64,000 nt of DNA from Candidatus Obscuribacteraceae bacterium (GTDB lineage Bacteria; Cyanobacteriota; Vampirovibrionia; Obscuribacterales; Obscuribacteraceae). The notes under the pieces are model-generated. The model was not told where the DNA came from. It ran no database searches and was given only the letters and a program-made list of their open reading frames with translations. The stretch lies in NCBI GenBank assembly GCA_044229845.1, contig JBGASG010000001.1, forward strand, positions 320,001-384,000, in the 5' to 3' direction. This document shows, one piece after another, positions 1 to 8,822 of the stretch (its first letter is position 1; each line of letters starts with the position of its first letter). The position numbers and the translations under genes were made by a program.

Positions 1-781
1 ATGCGCGCTTGTCTCGATGGCGGCGGTCACCCTCTTCGGCGTCGCAATTTTCTTTTATGCCTGGGAGGGTGCCATATGCCTTTTGATGGCGGCACCCATT
101 GGTTATGCCATCGCCATGATCGGCTGCTGGCTGGGCTGGAGCATCCAGCGGCGACCGCTGCCGGCGCGCGAGCAAAAGCTGATTATGTCGCTGATTCTGC
201 TGGTCGTGCCTGTGCTGATGGGTGCCGAGTACGCGGAAAAACCGGAGCCGCCACTATGCGCGGTGACAACCACAATTACCGTGCCGGCGCCGCCGGATAA
301 GGTCTGGCCAAACATCATTGCCTTCCCAGAGTTGAAGCCGCCCGACGAGCCGATTTTCTACTCTGGCATTGCCTATCCCGTCGGTGCCACCATCAACGGC
401 AGGGGCGCGGGCGCCGTCCGCAAGTGCCGTTTTTCCACCGGCGCTTTCATAGAACCGATCACTGTCTGGCAGGAGCCAAATCTGCTGAAGTTCTCCGTGA
501 TCGCCCAGCCGCCGCCGATGCGCGAATTCAGCTGGCGCCATGAAATCCAACCGGCCCATTTGCACGGCTATCTAAAAATACATGGCGGGCAATTCCAACT
601 AACACCGGTTGTTCAACCCGACGGATCTGTGTTCACAGAAATCCGCGGCACCACCTGGTACCAAAACCAGATGTTCCCGGCGTCTTACTGGCGGTTCTGG
701 ACAGACTACATCATGCACGAGATTCACTCGCGCGTGCTTCGACACATCAAGTCAGTGACCGTTACTGAGGGTTCTTCTTAA
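1..781 (+). CDS. Membrane protein with SRPBCC/polyketide cyclase-like C-terminal domain (5' partial)
   Basis: Frame is open to the window edge. N-terminal hydrophobic helices, then 'VTTTITVPAPPDKVWPNI', typical of the start of an SRPBCC/START fold. Confidence 0.65.
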   Translation, partial: CALVSMAAVTLFGVAIFFYAWEGAICLLMAAPIGYAIAMIGCWLGWSIQRRPLPAREQKLIMSLILLVVPVLMGAEYAEKPEPPLCAVTTTITVPAPPDKVWPNIIAFPELKPPDEPIFYSGIAYPVGATINGRGAGAVRKCRFSTGAFIEPITVWQEPNLLKFSVIAQPPPMREFSWRHEIQPAHLHGYLKIHGGQFQLTPVVQPDGSVFTEIRGTTWYQNQMFPASYWRFWTDYIMHEIHSRVLRHIKSVTVTEGSS

Positions 782-3428
782 GGAAGGAGAGATCCATCGA
801 CTGGCTGACTACCGAGTTAGCGGCTGGAACCGGCTGCGGCGGTGCGGCTTGTGGCGCGGCAGCGCCCTGAATTCCGCCTTGCAGGCTGTGAGCCGAACCG
901 GCTGCTGACGGCATGGTGGCAGCAGCGGCTGCACCGGAACCGAATTGCTGTTGTACCGGCGCCATATTTTGTGGCGTGGCGACATCGTAAGGAATGGAGC
1001 CGGTCTGTGCCGCAGGCATCGTTTGCATGCCGGCGTCTTGCATGCCCCAGTTGCCTGCAGCTTGTGGTGCCGGACCGCTCATCGGTTCGAGACCACCACC
1101 GCTGGGTTGAGCATAACCACCCTGGCTGTATCCTTGTTGCGGCGCTGCCCAATCGGCTTGCGGTGCGCCTGGTTGCATTCCTTGCTGCATGCCTTGCATC
1201 GGTTGAATACCGACGTTGTTGGAGACCGGTGCCACTTGCGACAAGGCCGGTTGCATGACGCCATTGGCGGCGGTGCCCATCGGCACTTGTGCCAGTCCGG
1301 CGTTGATGCCCGTGGTGCCGCCGGCCGATGCCACTGCTTGCACTTGCGAGCCGGGGATAGTCAGTTGTTGTCCGGGCAGGATCAAGCGCGGGTTGGCGCC
1401 GATGACGTCGCTGTTGGCGCGATAAAGTTCGCCCCAGCGCGAGCCGTCGCCCAGATGTTTTTGCGAGAGATCCCAGAGGTTGTCGCCTGGTTGAACTGTG
1501 ATTTGCTTGCCGGCATCGGCGACAGTGTTCATTGCGCCGTCGGCGCCTGGCAATTTCAGTTCGGTACCCGAGAAAATCAAATCAGGATTTTGACCGATCA
1601 CATCGGAGTTCAATTTGTAGATTTCAGTCCAGCGCGAAGGATCGCCGAGCTGTTTCTCAGCGATGTCCCACAGGCAGTCGCCATGTTGAACGACGTAGTT
1701 GCCGCCCGGCTGATCTGTGACTGCCGGAGCTTGTGTGGCATCGGTTTGCTGAGCTTGCATCGCATCTGACTGAGACGCGTCCGGCTGAGCGGGTTGCGAT
1801 TGGGCCAGTTGCTTGTGCTCGATGTTGACGTGCTTCGGTGCTGCCGCAGGCGCGTGATGTTTCACATCGAGATGCGATGTGGCTGGATGTTTGAACGACT
1901 GCAATGGATGCCCTTGACCGGCGTGCGGAATCTGTCCGATCTTCGCGGCTTGAGCCGGTTGTGCCAGGTTGGTGACAGGCGCTGCGTGGTGTCCGGGCGG
2001 TGGCATCGAAACTCCGGACGAACTGCCGATCGGTTGATGTCCACCGGGAGCCAGCTTGTTCAAGCTGCCGCCGGATTGTTTGATAGTGTCGAAAGAAAGC
2101 TGTTTGGCGCGCAACGGAGTCATGCCGGCGCCGTCGCCCATGCCCATGTTGTTGCCGCCCATGCCCGGGCTGCCGGCTGTGGATGCCGATGGGCTGAAGC
2201 CGCCCATGGGTACGCCGCCGGTGGTGTCGTAAGCAATCAGTTGTTTGCCGCCTAAGGTATCGCTGACGCCACCGGACGGTCCGAGACCGGAGGTGTCGGC
2301 AGCTTGCTGCGGTTGACCCATTGTGTAACCGACATCGGTCGCCGGCGCTTGCGCCACTTGCGAGACCTCGGTTCCGAACGGTGAGCCATTGACGTTGAGA
2401 GCGGACGCCGGAACATTGCCGGTTGCCTGCGGCACCGCATTTGATATCGTCGTCGCCGGTACGTTGGTCGCCGAAGATGCAACGGCTGTCTGCGAACGCA
2501 TCGCGCCGGTCATCTGATCGGTGAAAAGACGCTGGCTGCCTGCCAGGTGTGCAGTGACGCCATTGCTGGAAAGCCCTGGTCCCGAAAGCGTGCCGTCGAT
2601 GCCATGCACGGAGCCGCCGGCAGAGCCGACGCCTTCGAATTGCGGTTTATGCAGATCGAGGTGTCCGGAGACGTTGAGCGAATTGCTGTTTATATGATTG
2701 AAGGAAGTTGCCGTTATGCCGGTGCTGCCGCCGTGCAACATCTGAGCATCGGCTATCGTATGCAAATTGGCATGCATGCCCAAATTGCTGAAGATGGGAG
2801 CATGTCCCGGCAAGAGCGAGAGGCTGATCGGGAAATGTCCGCTGGGGATGGCATGGAACGAAGAAGTAAGTTGTCCCGGCAGAGTATGAGCCAACCCAAT
2901 TACATTGTTGGCGGCGCTGCCGAACGAATTCCATAGATTAGTTGGATTGAAGAGTTCGACCAGATTGCCCGGCATGAAGAAAGCGCCCAACACTTCAAAG
3001 AACGAATTGGCGAGACCGGTAAACCCAGGCATCCGCATTATTAATTGAATCATCGGCGAGATGGCCGCTTCGCTGGCACCAGCGGCACCGGCCAGTGAGG
3101 CGGCCAGAGTCGAACCGCCGCCGCCTGCCGCCGACAGAACCGCGGTTTCGGCGCCCGGAAGTGGACCTGCCGGCACGACTGGAGCGACCGCTGCTGCTTC
3201 GACGCCGGTGACTGCCGGCATCTGGGCGACCATAGCCTGGTTTCCTACCGGCTGGAATATCTGATGAGATGCGCCGATATCGGAGGGACCGGAAAGATGA
3301 GATTGCGCTTCGATATTAAGACCGTTGGCTTCCGCGGGCGCAGCACCGGCACTTTGGGACATTTCGGCGCCGGCTGGGGTTGGTTCTGATGGGCGGAAGA
3401 GGGACACGGTTTTTTCGATACCTTGCAA
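762..3428 (-). CDS. Low-complexity protein with two LysM peptidoglycan-binding domains
   Basis: Two LysM motifs: YVVQHGDCLWDIAEKQLGDPSRWTEIYKLN..NPDLIFSGTELKLP and ITVQPGDNLWDLSQKHLGDGSRWGELYRAN..NPRLILPGQQLTIP. Start uncertain (TTG 3428 or ATG 3362). Confidence 0.85.
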   Translation of the reverse strand: MQGIEKTVSLFRPSEPTPAGAEMSQSAGAAPAEANGLNIEAQSHLSGPSDIGASHQIFQPVGNQAMVAQMPAVTGVEAAAVAPVVPAGPLPGAETAVLSAAGGGGSTLAASLAGAAGASEAAISPMIQLIMRMPGFTGLANSFFEVLGAFFMPGNLVELFNPTNLWNSFGSAANNVIGLAHTLPGQLTSSFHAIPSGHFPISLSLLPGHAPIFSNLGMHANLHTIADAQMLHGGSTGITATSFNHINSNSLNVSGHLDLHKPQFEGVGSAGGSVHGIDGTLSGPGLSSNGVTAHLAGSQRLFTDQMTGAMRSQTAVASSATNVPATTISNAVPQATGNVPASALNVNGSPFGTEVSQVAQAPATDVGYTMGQPQQAADTSGLGPSGGVSDTLGGKQLIAYDTTGGVPMGGFSPSASTAGSPGMGGNNMGMGDGAGMTPLRAKQLSFDTIKQSGGSLNKLAPGGHQPIGSSSGVSMPPPGHHAAPVTNLAQPAQAAKIGQIPHAGQGHPLQSFKHPATSHLDVKHHAPAAAPKHVNIEHKQLAQSQPAQPDASQSDAMQAQQTDATQAPAVTDQPGGNYVVQHGDCLWDIAEKQLGDPSRWTEIYKLNSDVIGQNPDLIFSGTELKLPGADGAMNTVADAGKQITVQPGDNLWDLSQKHLGDGSRWGELYRANSDVIGANPRLILPGQQLTIPGSQVQAVASAGGTTGINAGLAQVPMGTAANGVMQPALSQVAPVSNNVGIQPMQGMQQGMQPGAPQADWAAPQQGYSQGGYAQPSGGGLEPMSGPAPQAAGNWGMQDAGMQTMPAAQTGSIPYDVATPQNMAPVQQQFGSGAAAAATMPSAAGSAHSLQGGIQGAAAPQAAPPQPVPAANSVVSQSMDLSFLKKNPQ

Positions 3429-3432
3429 AGGG

Positions 3433-3523
3433 TGGAAAGTCTCCCCAATTTAGCGGTTGGAAATGCCCGAGTCAAACGATTCATGGGAATCTTCCCACCT
3501 TGAGATCATGGGGAAATTCCCAC
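3433..3523. promoter_or_regulatory. Array of 4 quasi-palindromic TGGGAA-N2-TTCCCA-like sites, ~25-bp period, between divergent genes
   Basis: TCATGGGAATCTTCCCAC (3481-3498) and TCATGGGGAAATTCCCAC (3506-3523); degenerate copies start at 3433 and 3458. Confidence 0.5.
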
Positions 3524-3636
3524 GTTCACGTCCAAAGACATCTAAATTGTGATCGATAACGTATACCCGAGACGGTATTGCAATGAGGTCACGGCAAAAC
3601 GGTAAAATTGAGGGCTGTAAAACGCTGAGGATGCTC

Positions 3637-4875
3637 ATGAGAACACGGCCTATCTTGGTGCTCACACTGGCGGCGTTGACCGCCTCGCTCTCATCGCTGG
3701 CTCAGCCGGGCGGTGATGGGCTGAAAGCCGCAACAGTGGGCTCTCCCGGCTCTCAAATTCCCGCCTCCCCGGCGCCGTCCGTGACCGTCGAGCCGGTCGC
3801 ACCTCCCCTATTTTCGCCACCGCTGGCGCAAGCAGTGGCTGTCTACCGGGCCAACCCGCAATCACAGACGTTTGGCGAGGTATTGCGCATTCTGAAAGCG
3901 ATTCTGGTCAGCGGACCCGGTCAGCACGCCTCATCGCAGGCGATTATCAAAGCCAATCCCGCTCTGGCTGAGCTTGGTCCAAAGGTGGTCGATGCGGTTG
4001 AAGGGCGTATCTGGACCTTCAACAAGGTTACTCACGACAACGAAGCCCTGGTTCAGTGGTTCGAGGTCAAGTCGCAAACAGTGCGTGTGCGCCGCAAGAT
4101 GGTGACCACCCACTCGGTGACCACGCATTTTGAAGGGCTGCGTCTGCCTTCCGGCGTGATTCTGCGCGAAGCCCGCGTAATCGGCTCGCCTAAGCAGCTG
4201 ATTCTCTCCGGAGAGAGGCAAGGAGCGCTGTTCTTGCGCTCATACACACTGCAGGAAGGCGGCGGCTGGCGCGAAGAAGAGGGACGGTTCGCCACGATTC
4301 CATCGTTTCTCACCGACAACGTGTCCGGCAAAGTCACGTTCAAGGGCGCCGACCTGGTTTTCGTGGTTGCTCGCATGCCGCAGAAACAAACGCCAGGCGC
4401 ACCCAATCTGCCCGAAGCCGATTCCTCGACCTACAAGTTCTGGCTGCATTACGTCGATGGAAAATATGCCGTCTACGCAAGAGTGCCCAGTGAAGAGCAG
4501 TACGCAGTCGTCTACTCCTTCTTGCAGGCCATGCAAAATGGTCAGCTTGAGCTGGCCAAGAACTTTCTCGCCGATCCCAAGCTCGTCAGTCTGCCGAAGT
4601 ATGTGGGTCTGACCCGCCCGCCGAGCCAGACTTATAAGGTTGTCGAAATGGCTGTGCCACCGGCCGGACTGCACAGATACCGGCTGGTCACCTTCGGCAA
4701 GAACGACGTCATCTTCGATGTTGGCAGCGTCAGAGGGCGCACAGTTATCAAAAGCATCTTCTTCGCGCCGGCCGACTCCTATCTGCGCGAAATGAAGCAA
4801 TATCTGGCTAATTACGACAAGATTGCGCCGCCCGTGGCCCCGGCTCCCGACAAAGAAGCCGATCACGCGAAATAG
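3637..4875 (+). CDS. Hypothetical exported protein
   Basis: Long ORF (open from 3583). GAGG precedes ATG 3637; MRTRPILVLTLAALTASLSSLA looks like a Sec signal peptide. Confidence 0.75.
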   Translation: MRTRPILVLTLAALTASLSSLAQPGGDGLKAATVGSPGSQIPASPAPSVTVEPVAPPLFSPPLAQAVAVYRANPQSQTFGEVLRILKAILVSGPGQHASSQAIIKANPALAELGPKVVDAVEGRIWTFNKVTHDNEALVQWFEVKSQTVRVRRKMVTTHSVTTHFEGLRLPSGVILREARVIGSPKQLILSGERQGALFLRSYTLQEGGGWREEEGRFATIPSFLTDNVSGKVTFKGADLVFVVARMPQKQTPGAPNLPEADSSTYKFWLHYVDGKYAVYARVPSEEQYAVVYSFLQAMQNGQLELAKNFLADPKLVSLPKYVGLTRPPSQTYKVVEMAVPPAGLHRYRLVTFGKNDVIFDVGSVRGRTVIKSIFFAPADSYLREMKQYLANYDKIAPPVAPAPDKEADHAK

Positions 4876-4931
4876 GGTTAAACACGCGGATGGCAGGCGA
4901 TTGAAGGGAATATAATTCCTGTATAGAGCGT

Positions 4932-6893
4932 TTGGCGGTTTGCTCGTTGACCAACCTGTCCTCACAGCAGCCTAATTCCGACGTCGGTTCACCGATCGAC
5001 GAAAACGACGGCTTGGCCGAGAGCTCATCCAAAGAGAGCGGTACTTACTACCCGCCCAATCTGTCCTACCGGACGTACTCGTACCGCGAAAATCTCTTTG
5101 CTGAGTTCGACCGTCTGGTGGCCGAAAACAAGCGCTTCGACGGGCTGATTATCGATGTCAGCCAGACTGGCTTTACCTTGCCCATTGACGCGCTGATCAA
5201 GTTCCACGGCTACGGTAAGCGGCTTCTGAAGCCGCAGGCCGTCATGCTCTTCATCAAGGCCGATGGCGCCATCACCCTCACCAAAGACGATCCGGGCGGC
5301 GGACTGACGCTCAATGTCTACGACAGCCCGTTCGGAATATTTGCGCGTTACCCGATGCTCGCCGATTATGTCTGTGCCACCGTATCTGGTATCGACCGTC
5401 GCCGTCTGCGTGGCGGCGGCAGCACGCTCGCTAATCACATTCTTTACACATCAACTCCTGTTTTGACCGCTCGCGGCGTCGAAATGAAACTGTCTTTCGA
5501 CGTGCCCGCACCGCAAAACTGGCTGTTGCAATTGATTGATGACTACTCGACGACCGAAGCCATTATTCGCGCCATGGAAGCCAGACATCATGTGGCTTCC
5601 GATGAAACTTTGCGTATGCTGCAAGAACTGGAAGGCGATGGTGTCATCTATCCGATTTTCTCGCGCATCCAATTTTTGGCCAATTGCTATCACAATCGCA
5701 AGCCGTTTCGTCTGGGGCGCTATATGGTGGCAGCCGGACTGGTGACGCCGTCACAGCTGGAAGAGCTGCTGGAGCTGCAGCAAGATGAAGGCTGGGGAAG
5801 AAACCAGAAAACGTTCCTCGGACTTCTGGCTGTGCGCCGCGGTTATATCAACATGCGCGAGCTGGAGGTATTGCTGCACGATCAGTATCTCTACGGCGGC
5901 TATCACAAGACAGCGGAAGGCGAAAACGAAGAAACGCGCAAACAGACGATCGAATCGATGCGCGATTCGATGATCGGCAGCCTCGGTGCCATCGATAGCG
6001 CCGGTCTTCTGCAGTCTTTTGCCACCGCCAAGAAAACCGGACTGCTGACCGTCGAAAACCGCGACAAAGCGGTCGTGGTGCAGTTCGAAGACGGCAAAGC
6101 TACCAACGCCAAACTGGGCAAGTTGAGCGGCTATTTCGCGCTGGTGGAATTTCTCGTCACTTGGACGGAAGGCATTTTCGTGTTTCGTGACAAAGGCAAC
6201 ACCAAAGATTTCGATCAAAACTCCAAGCTGAACAACGTTCTGGAGAAGATCCTGCTGGACGCGGCGCTGGCTCAGGATAATACCGCCACCATTATCAATG
6301 CCCTGCCGGGCGGACGGAACGTCATATTGGAGCGCGTCTGGAATTTCGATCAACTGTTTCTGGAGGTGCGCCATGAGCCGGCCAAGTATTTCGATGACAC
6401 ACCTATCCCCGACGAAGACAAGCCGCGGGTGCTGCGCATAGCGCAAATGGTAGATGGGTTGACGACGCTGGATGAAGTGATCAAACAAGCTGACGACTGG
6501 CCGACGCACATGGTACTGAAGGCGGTGCAATGGCTGATCGACCATAAACTGATCACGGTGCAGCAAACCAGCTTGTTCCGCCCGCTGACAGTCTTTCAAC
6601 GCGTCGCCATGGAATTGCAGGAACATATTGGTGTCGAACACAATAAAGCAATTCTGGACGCCAGTTTGCAGTATGTGCACGGCGAAACTCCGGCGTTGCA
6701 GCGCTTTAACATCGACCGAGAAGGTCGGGTAAGCGTCAATCTGGCTCAGGTCAAAAGTTCGGGAACGCCCGTGTCGGTGGTACTGATCGAATTGCGTCGC
6801 TGGATGGAAGCGTATCTCGCTTACTGTCGCCGGCAGTGCGATCCGAGTCTGGTGGACAATATTGTCGCCAGTATCGTGCATACGACGATGTAA
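4932..6893 (+). CDS. DUF4388 (PATAN) domain protein with tandem MshEN-like c-di-GMP-binding motif and winged-helix segments
   Basis: RLGRYMVAAGLVTPSQLEELLELQ / FLGLLAVRRGYINMRELEVLLHDQ (MshEN); MIGSLGAIDSAGLLQSFATAKKTGLLTV...WTEGIFVF (DUF4388). TATAAT at 4911-4916 upstream. Confidence 0.75.
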   Translation: MAVCSLTNLSSQQPNSDVGSPIDENDGLAESSSKESGTYYPPNLSYRTYSYRENLFAEFDRLVAENKRFDGLIIDVSQTGFTLPIDALIKFHGYGKRLLKPQAVMLFIKADGAITLTKDDPGGGLTLNVYDSPFGIFARYPMLADYVCATVSGIDRRRLRGGGSTLANHILYTSTPVLTARGVEMKLSFDVPAPQNWLLQLIDDYSTTEAIIRAMEARHHVASDETLRMLQELEGDGVIYPIFSRIQFLANCYHNRKPFRLGRYMVAAGLVTPSQLEELLELQQDEGWGRNQKTFLGLLAVRRGYINMRELEVLLHDQYLYGGYHKTAEGENEETRKQTIESMRDSMIGSLGAIDSAGLLQSFATAKKTGLLTVENRDKAVVVQFEDGKATNAKLGKLSGYFALVEFLVTWTEGIFVFRDKGNTKDFDQNSKLNNVLEKILLDAALAQDNTATIINALPGGRNVILERVWNFDQLFLEVRHEPAKYFDDTPIPDEDKPRVLRIAQMVDGLTTLDEVIKQADDWPTHMVLKAVQWLIDHKLITVQQTSLFRPLTVFQRVAMELQEHIGVEHNKAILDASLQYVHGETPALQRFNIDREGRVSVNLAQVKSSGTPVSVVLIELRRWMEAYLAYCRRQCDPSLVDNIVASIVHTTM

Positions 6894-7006
6894 CTCATTG
6901 AAACCGAGCTGGTCGCGTCCGGCAGCCCATGGGCAACGACTGGCTGTGCTGGTCCCAGCCGGGCGCGGTAAAATTGCCCAACCGGCAACCAGTGGTTCTT
7001 CAATCT

Positions 7007-8518
7007 ATGGAATTTACAAGAGAAACCAACCCCATATCCGCTTGCACTGCAGAAGCCGTGATCATCGGTGTTTTTGCCGATGAGAAACCGGCGGATGCGC
7101 TGGCTAAAGTGGACAGCGAGATGCCCGAAGAAGTTTTGAATCAGGTGAGGGAGGCCGCCGAGTTGGACGGCTTCAAGGGCAAGGCGCGAGAACTGTTGAG
7201 CTGGAAGTCATTCGGCAAGATACCGGCGAAGTCGCTTCTCTTTATCGGTCTCGGTGATGAAAAGGAATACGACCTTTCCACGTCCAGGCGTTATGCGGCA
7301 ATTGCTGCGCGCGGTGTCAACAAAACGGCTAAGTCCGCCTGCCTGGTTCTGCGCCGTCAGGCTCTTTTAGCCGATGTGCAGGCGATGGTGGAAGGCTGGC
7401 ACCTGGCTTCTTACTCGTTCAACAAATACAAATCACAACCCGATGAGGCGAAAGAGAAAAAAGGTGTGACGGCGGTGGCAATCAAAGCCGAAGGCGTTGA
7501 GCATGCCGACTTTGCCGCCGCGATCAGAGCCGGCGATGTGATTGGTGAGGCTGTCAATTTTGCGCGCGACCTGATCGCCGAGCCGGCATCATATATGACA
7601 CCAACGCGGCTGGCCGAAAACGCTGTGGCGCTCGCCGGCGATAATCTGACCGTCGAAGTTCTGGAAGCATCGCAGGCGGAAAATCTCGGCATGGGAGCTT
7701 TCCTTGGTGTCGCCCGTGGTGCTGAGGAGCCGCCCAAGTTCATCTATATGCGTTATACCGGCGGCGCTGACGCCAAGAGAACTGTGGCTATATGCGGAAA
7801 GGGTATTACTTTCGACTCCGGCGGACTGTCGCTGAAGACGGCAGCGGGCATGGAGCATATGAAATACGACATGTCGGGCGCGGCGGTCGTGCTGGCGGTC
7901 ATGAAAGCCATCGCGCAACTCAATCCTCCTTTGAATGTGTTGGGCATTGTGGCGGCAACTGAAAACATGCCCGGGCATCGAGCCCTGCATCCAGGCGATG
8001 TGCTGGTGGCTATGAACGGCAAGACCATCGAAGTCAACAATACCGATGCCGAAGGCCGCTTGATTCTGGCTGACGCGTTGTCTTACGCCGTCCAGCAAAA
8101 CCCCGACGAAATAATTGATATCGCCACTTTGACGGGAGCCGTCGTCACGGCGCTTGGACGAGCGGCGGCGGGCATCATGGGCAGCAACCGCAAGCTCATG
8201 GAAAGTCTGGTGGAAAGCGGTAAATCCGCAGGTGAGAAACTCTGGCCGCTGCCGCTCTTCGATGAATACAAAGACAGCCTCAAGAGTGACATTGCCGACT
8301 TGAAAAACGCCGGCTCCAAGGGCGAAGCATCCACGTCATGCGCCGGTATGTTCTTAAAAGAGTTTGTCGATGGAAAGCCCTGGGCGCATTTGGATATCGC
8401 CGGCCCCGCCTGGATGGACAAAGAGAAAGACGAAATCAATAAAGGCGGCACCGCATTTGGTGTGCGCCTGCTCATGTACTACCTGCTCAACGGCGGCGAA
8501 TCAACCGGAGCGCCGTAG
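7007..8518 (+). CDS. pepA: Leucyl aminopeptidase (M17)
   Basis: GKGITFDSGGLSLK, MKYDMSGAA, NTDAEGRL and WAHLDIAG motifs. ATG 7007 preferred over 6929. Confidence 0.95.
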   Translation: MEFTRETNPISACTAEAVIIGVFADEKPADALAKVDSEMPEEVLNQVREAAELDGFKGKARELLSWKSFGKIPAKSLLFIGLGDEKEYDLSTSRRYAAIAARGVNKTAKSACLVLRRQALLADVQAMVEGWHLASYSFNKYKSQPDEAKEKKGVTAVAIKAEGVEHADFAAAIRAGDVIGEAVNFARDLIAEPASYMTPTRLAENAVALAGDNLTVEVLEASQAENLGMGAFLGVARGAEEPPKFIYMRYTGGADAKRTVAICGKGITFDSGGLSLKTAAGMEHMKYDMSGAAVVLAVMKAIAQLNPPLNVLGIVAATENMPGHRALHPGDVLVAMNGKTIEVNNTDAEGRLILADALSYAVQQNPDEIIDIATLTGAVVTALGRAAAGIMGSNRKLMESLVESGKSAGEKLWPLPLFDEYKDSLKSDIADLKNAGSKGEASTSCAGMFLKEFVDGKPWAHLDIAGPAWMDKEKDEINKGGTAFGVRLLMYYLLNGGESTGAP

Positions 8519-8806
8519 TCTAGCGAGATAACAGCGGTGTGACAGCTGCTGGTAGGTTGGATAGCCGAACTTCGGGATCTGATCTTGGTTATGGCAGAAA
8601 ATGCCGAGCGACCAGACTGCGAACGACAAGGTATGCTCGCTTTCCGGTGGCATCCGTTGGGAGACGATCGTGCCATCATGCTTTCTGAAAATCAGCGAGC
8701 CGCTTACGCCCGGCAATACAATCACGCGGCCGAGAACGTCGGCGGCGCGCTCTCGCTCTGCGGGATCGACGTAGGGTTCTTCGAAAGGGTCGAAACCTCT
8801 TTCCAT
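8501..8806 (-). CDS. Small, apparently C-terminally truncated Roadblock/LC7-like protein
   Basis: LPGVSGSLIFRKHDGTIVSQRMP...AVWSLGIF...KFGYPTYQQL aligns with QPGVVGSVIVGHDGILIASNLP...GIWSLGIY...KLGHNHLHQL of the upstream giant protein; starts 16 nt after its stop. Confidence 0.6.
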   Translation of the reverse strand: MERGFDPFEEPYVDPAERERAADVLGRVIVLPGVSGSLIFRKHDGTIVSQRMPPESEHTLSFAVWSLGIFCHNQDQIPKFGYPTYQQLSHRCYLARLRRSG

Positions 8807-8822
8807 GGCGGCCCTGCCGGAT

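Noticed and set aside
5751..6881. Long antisense ORFs (e.g. 5751-6881, 12486-13547, 11954-12988, 30908-31675)
   Set aside because: Shadow or alternate-frame ORFs expected from high-GC codon bias within well-supported genes; no recognisable motifs.
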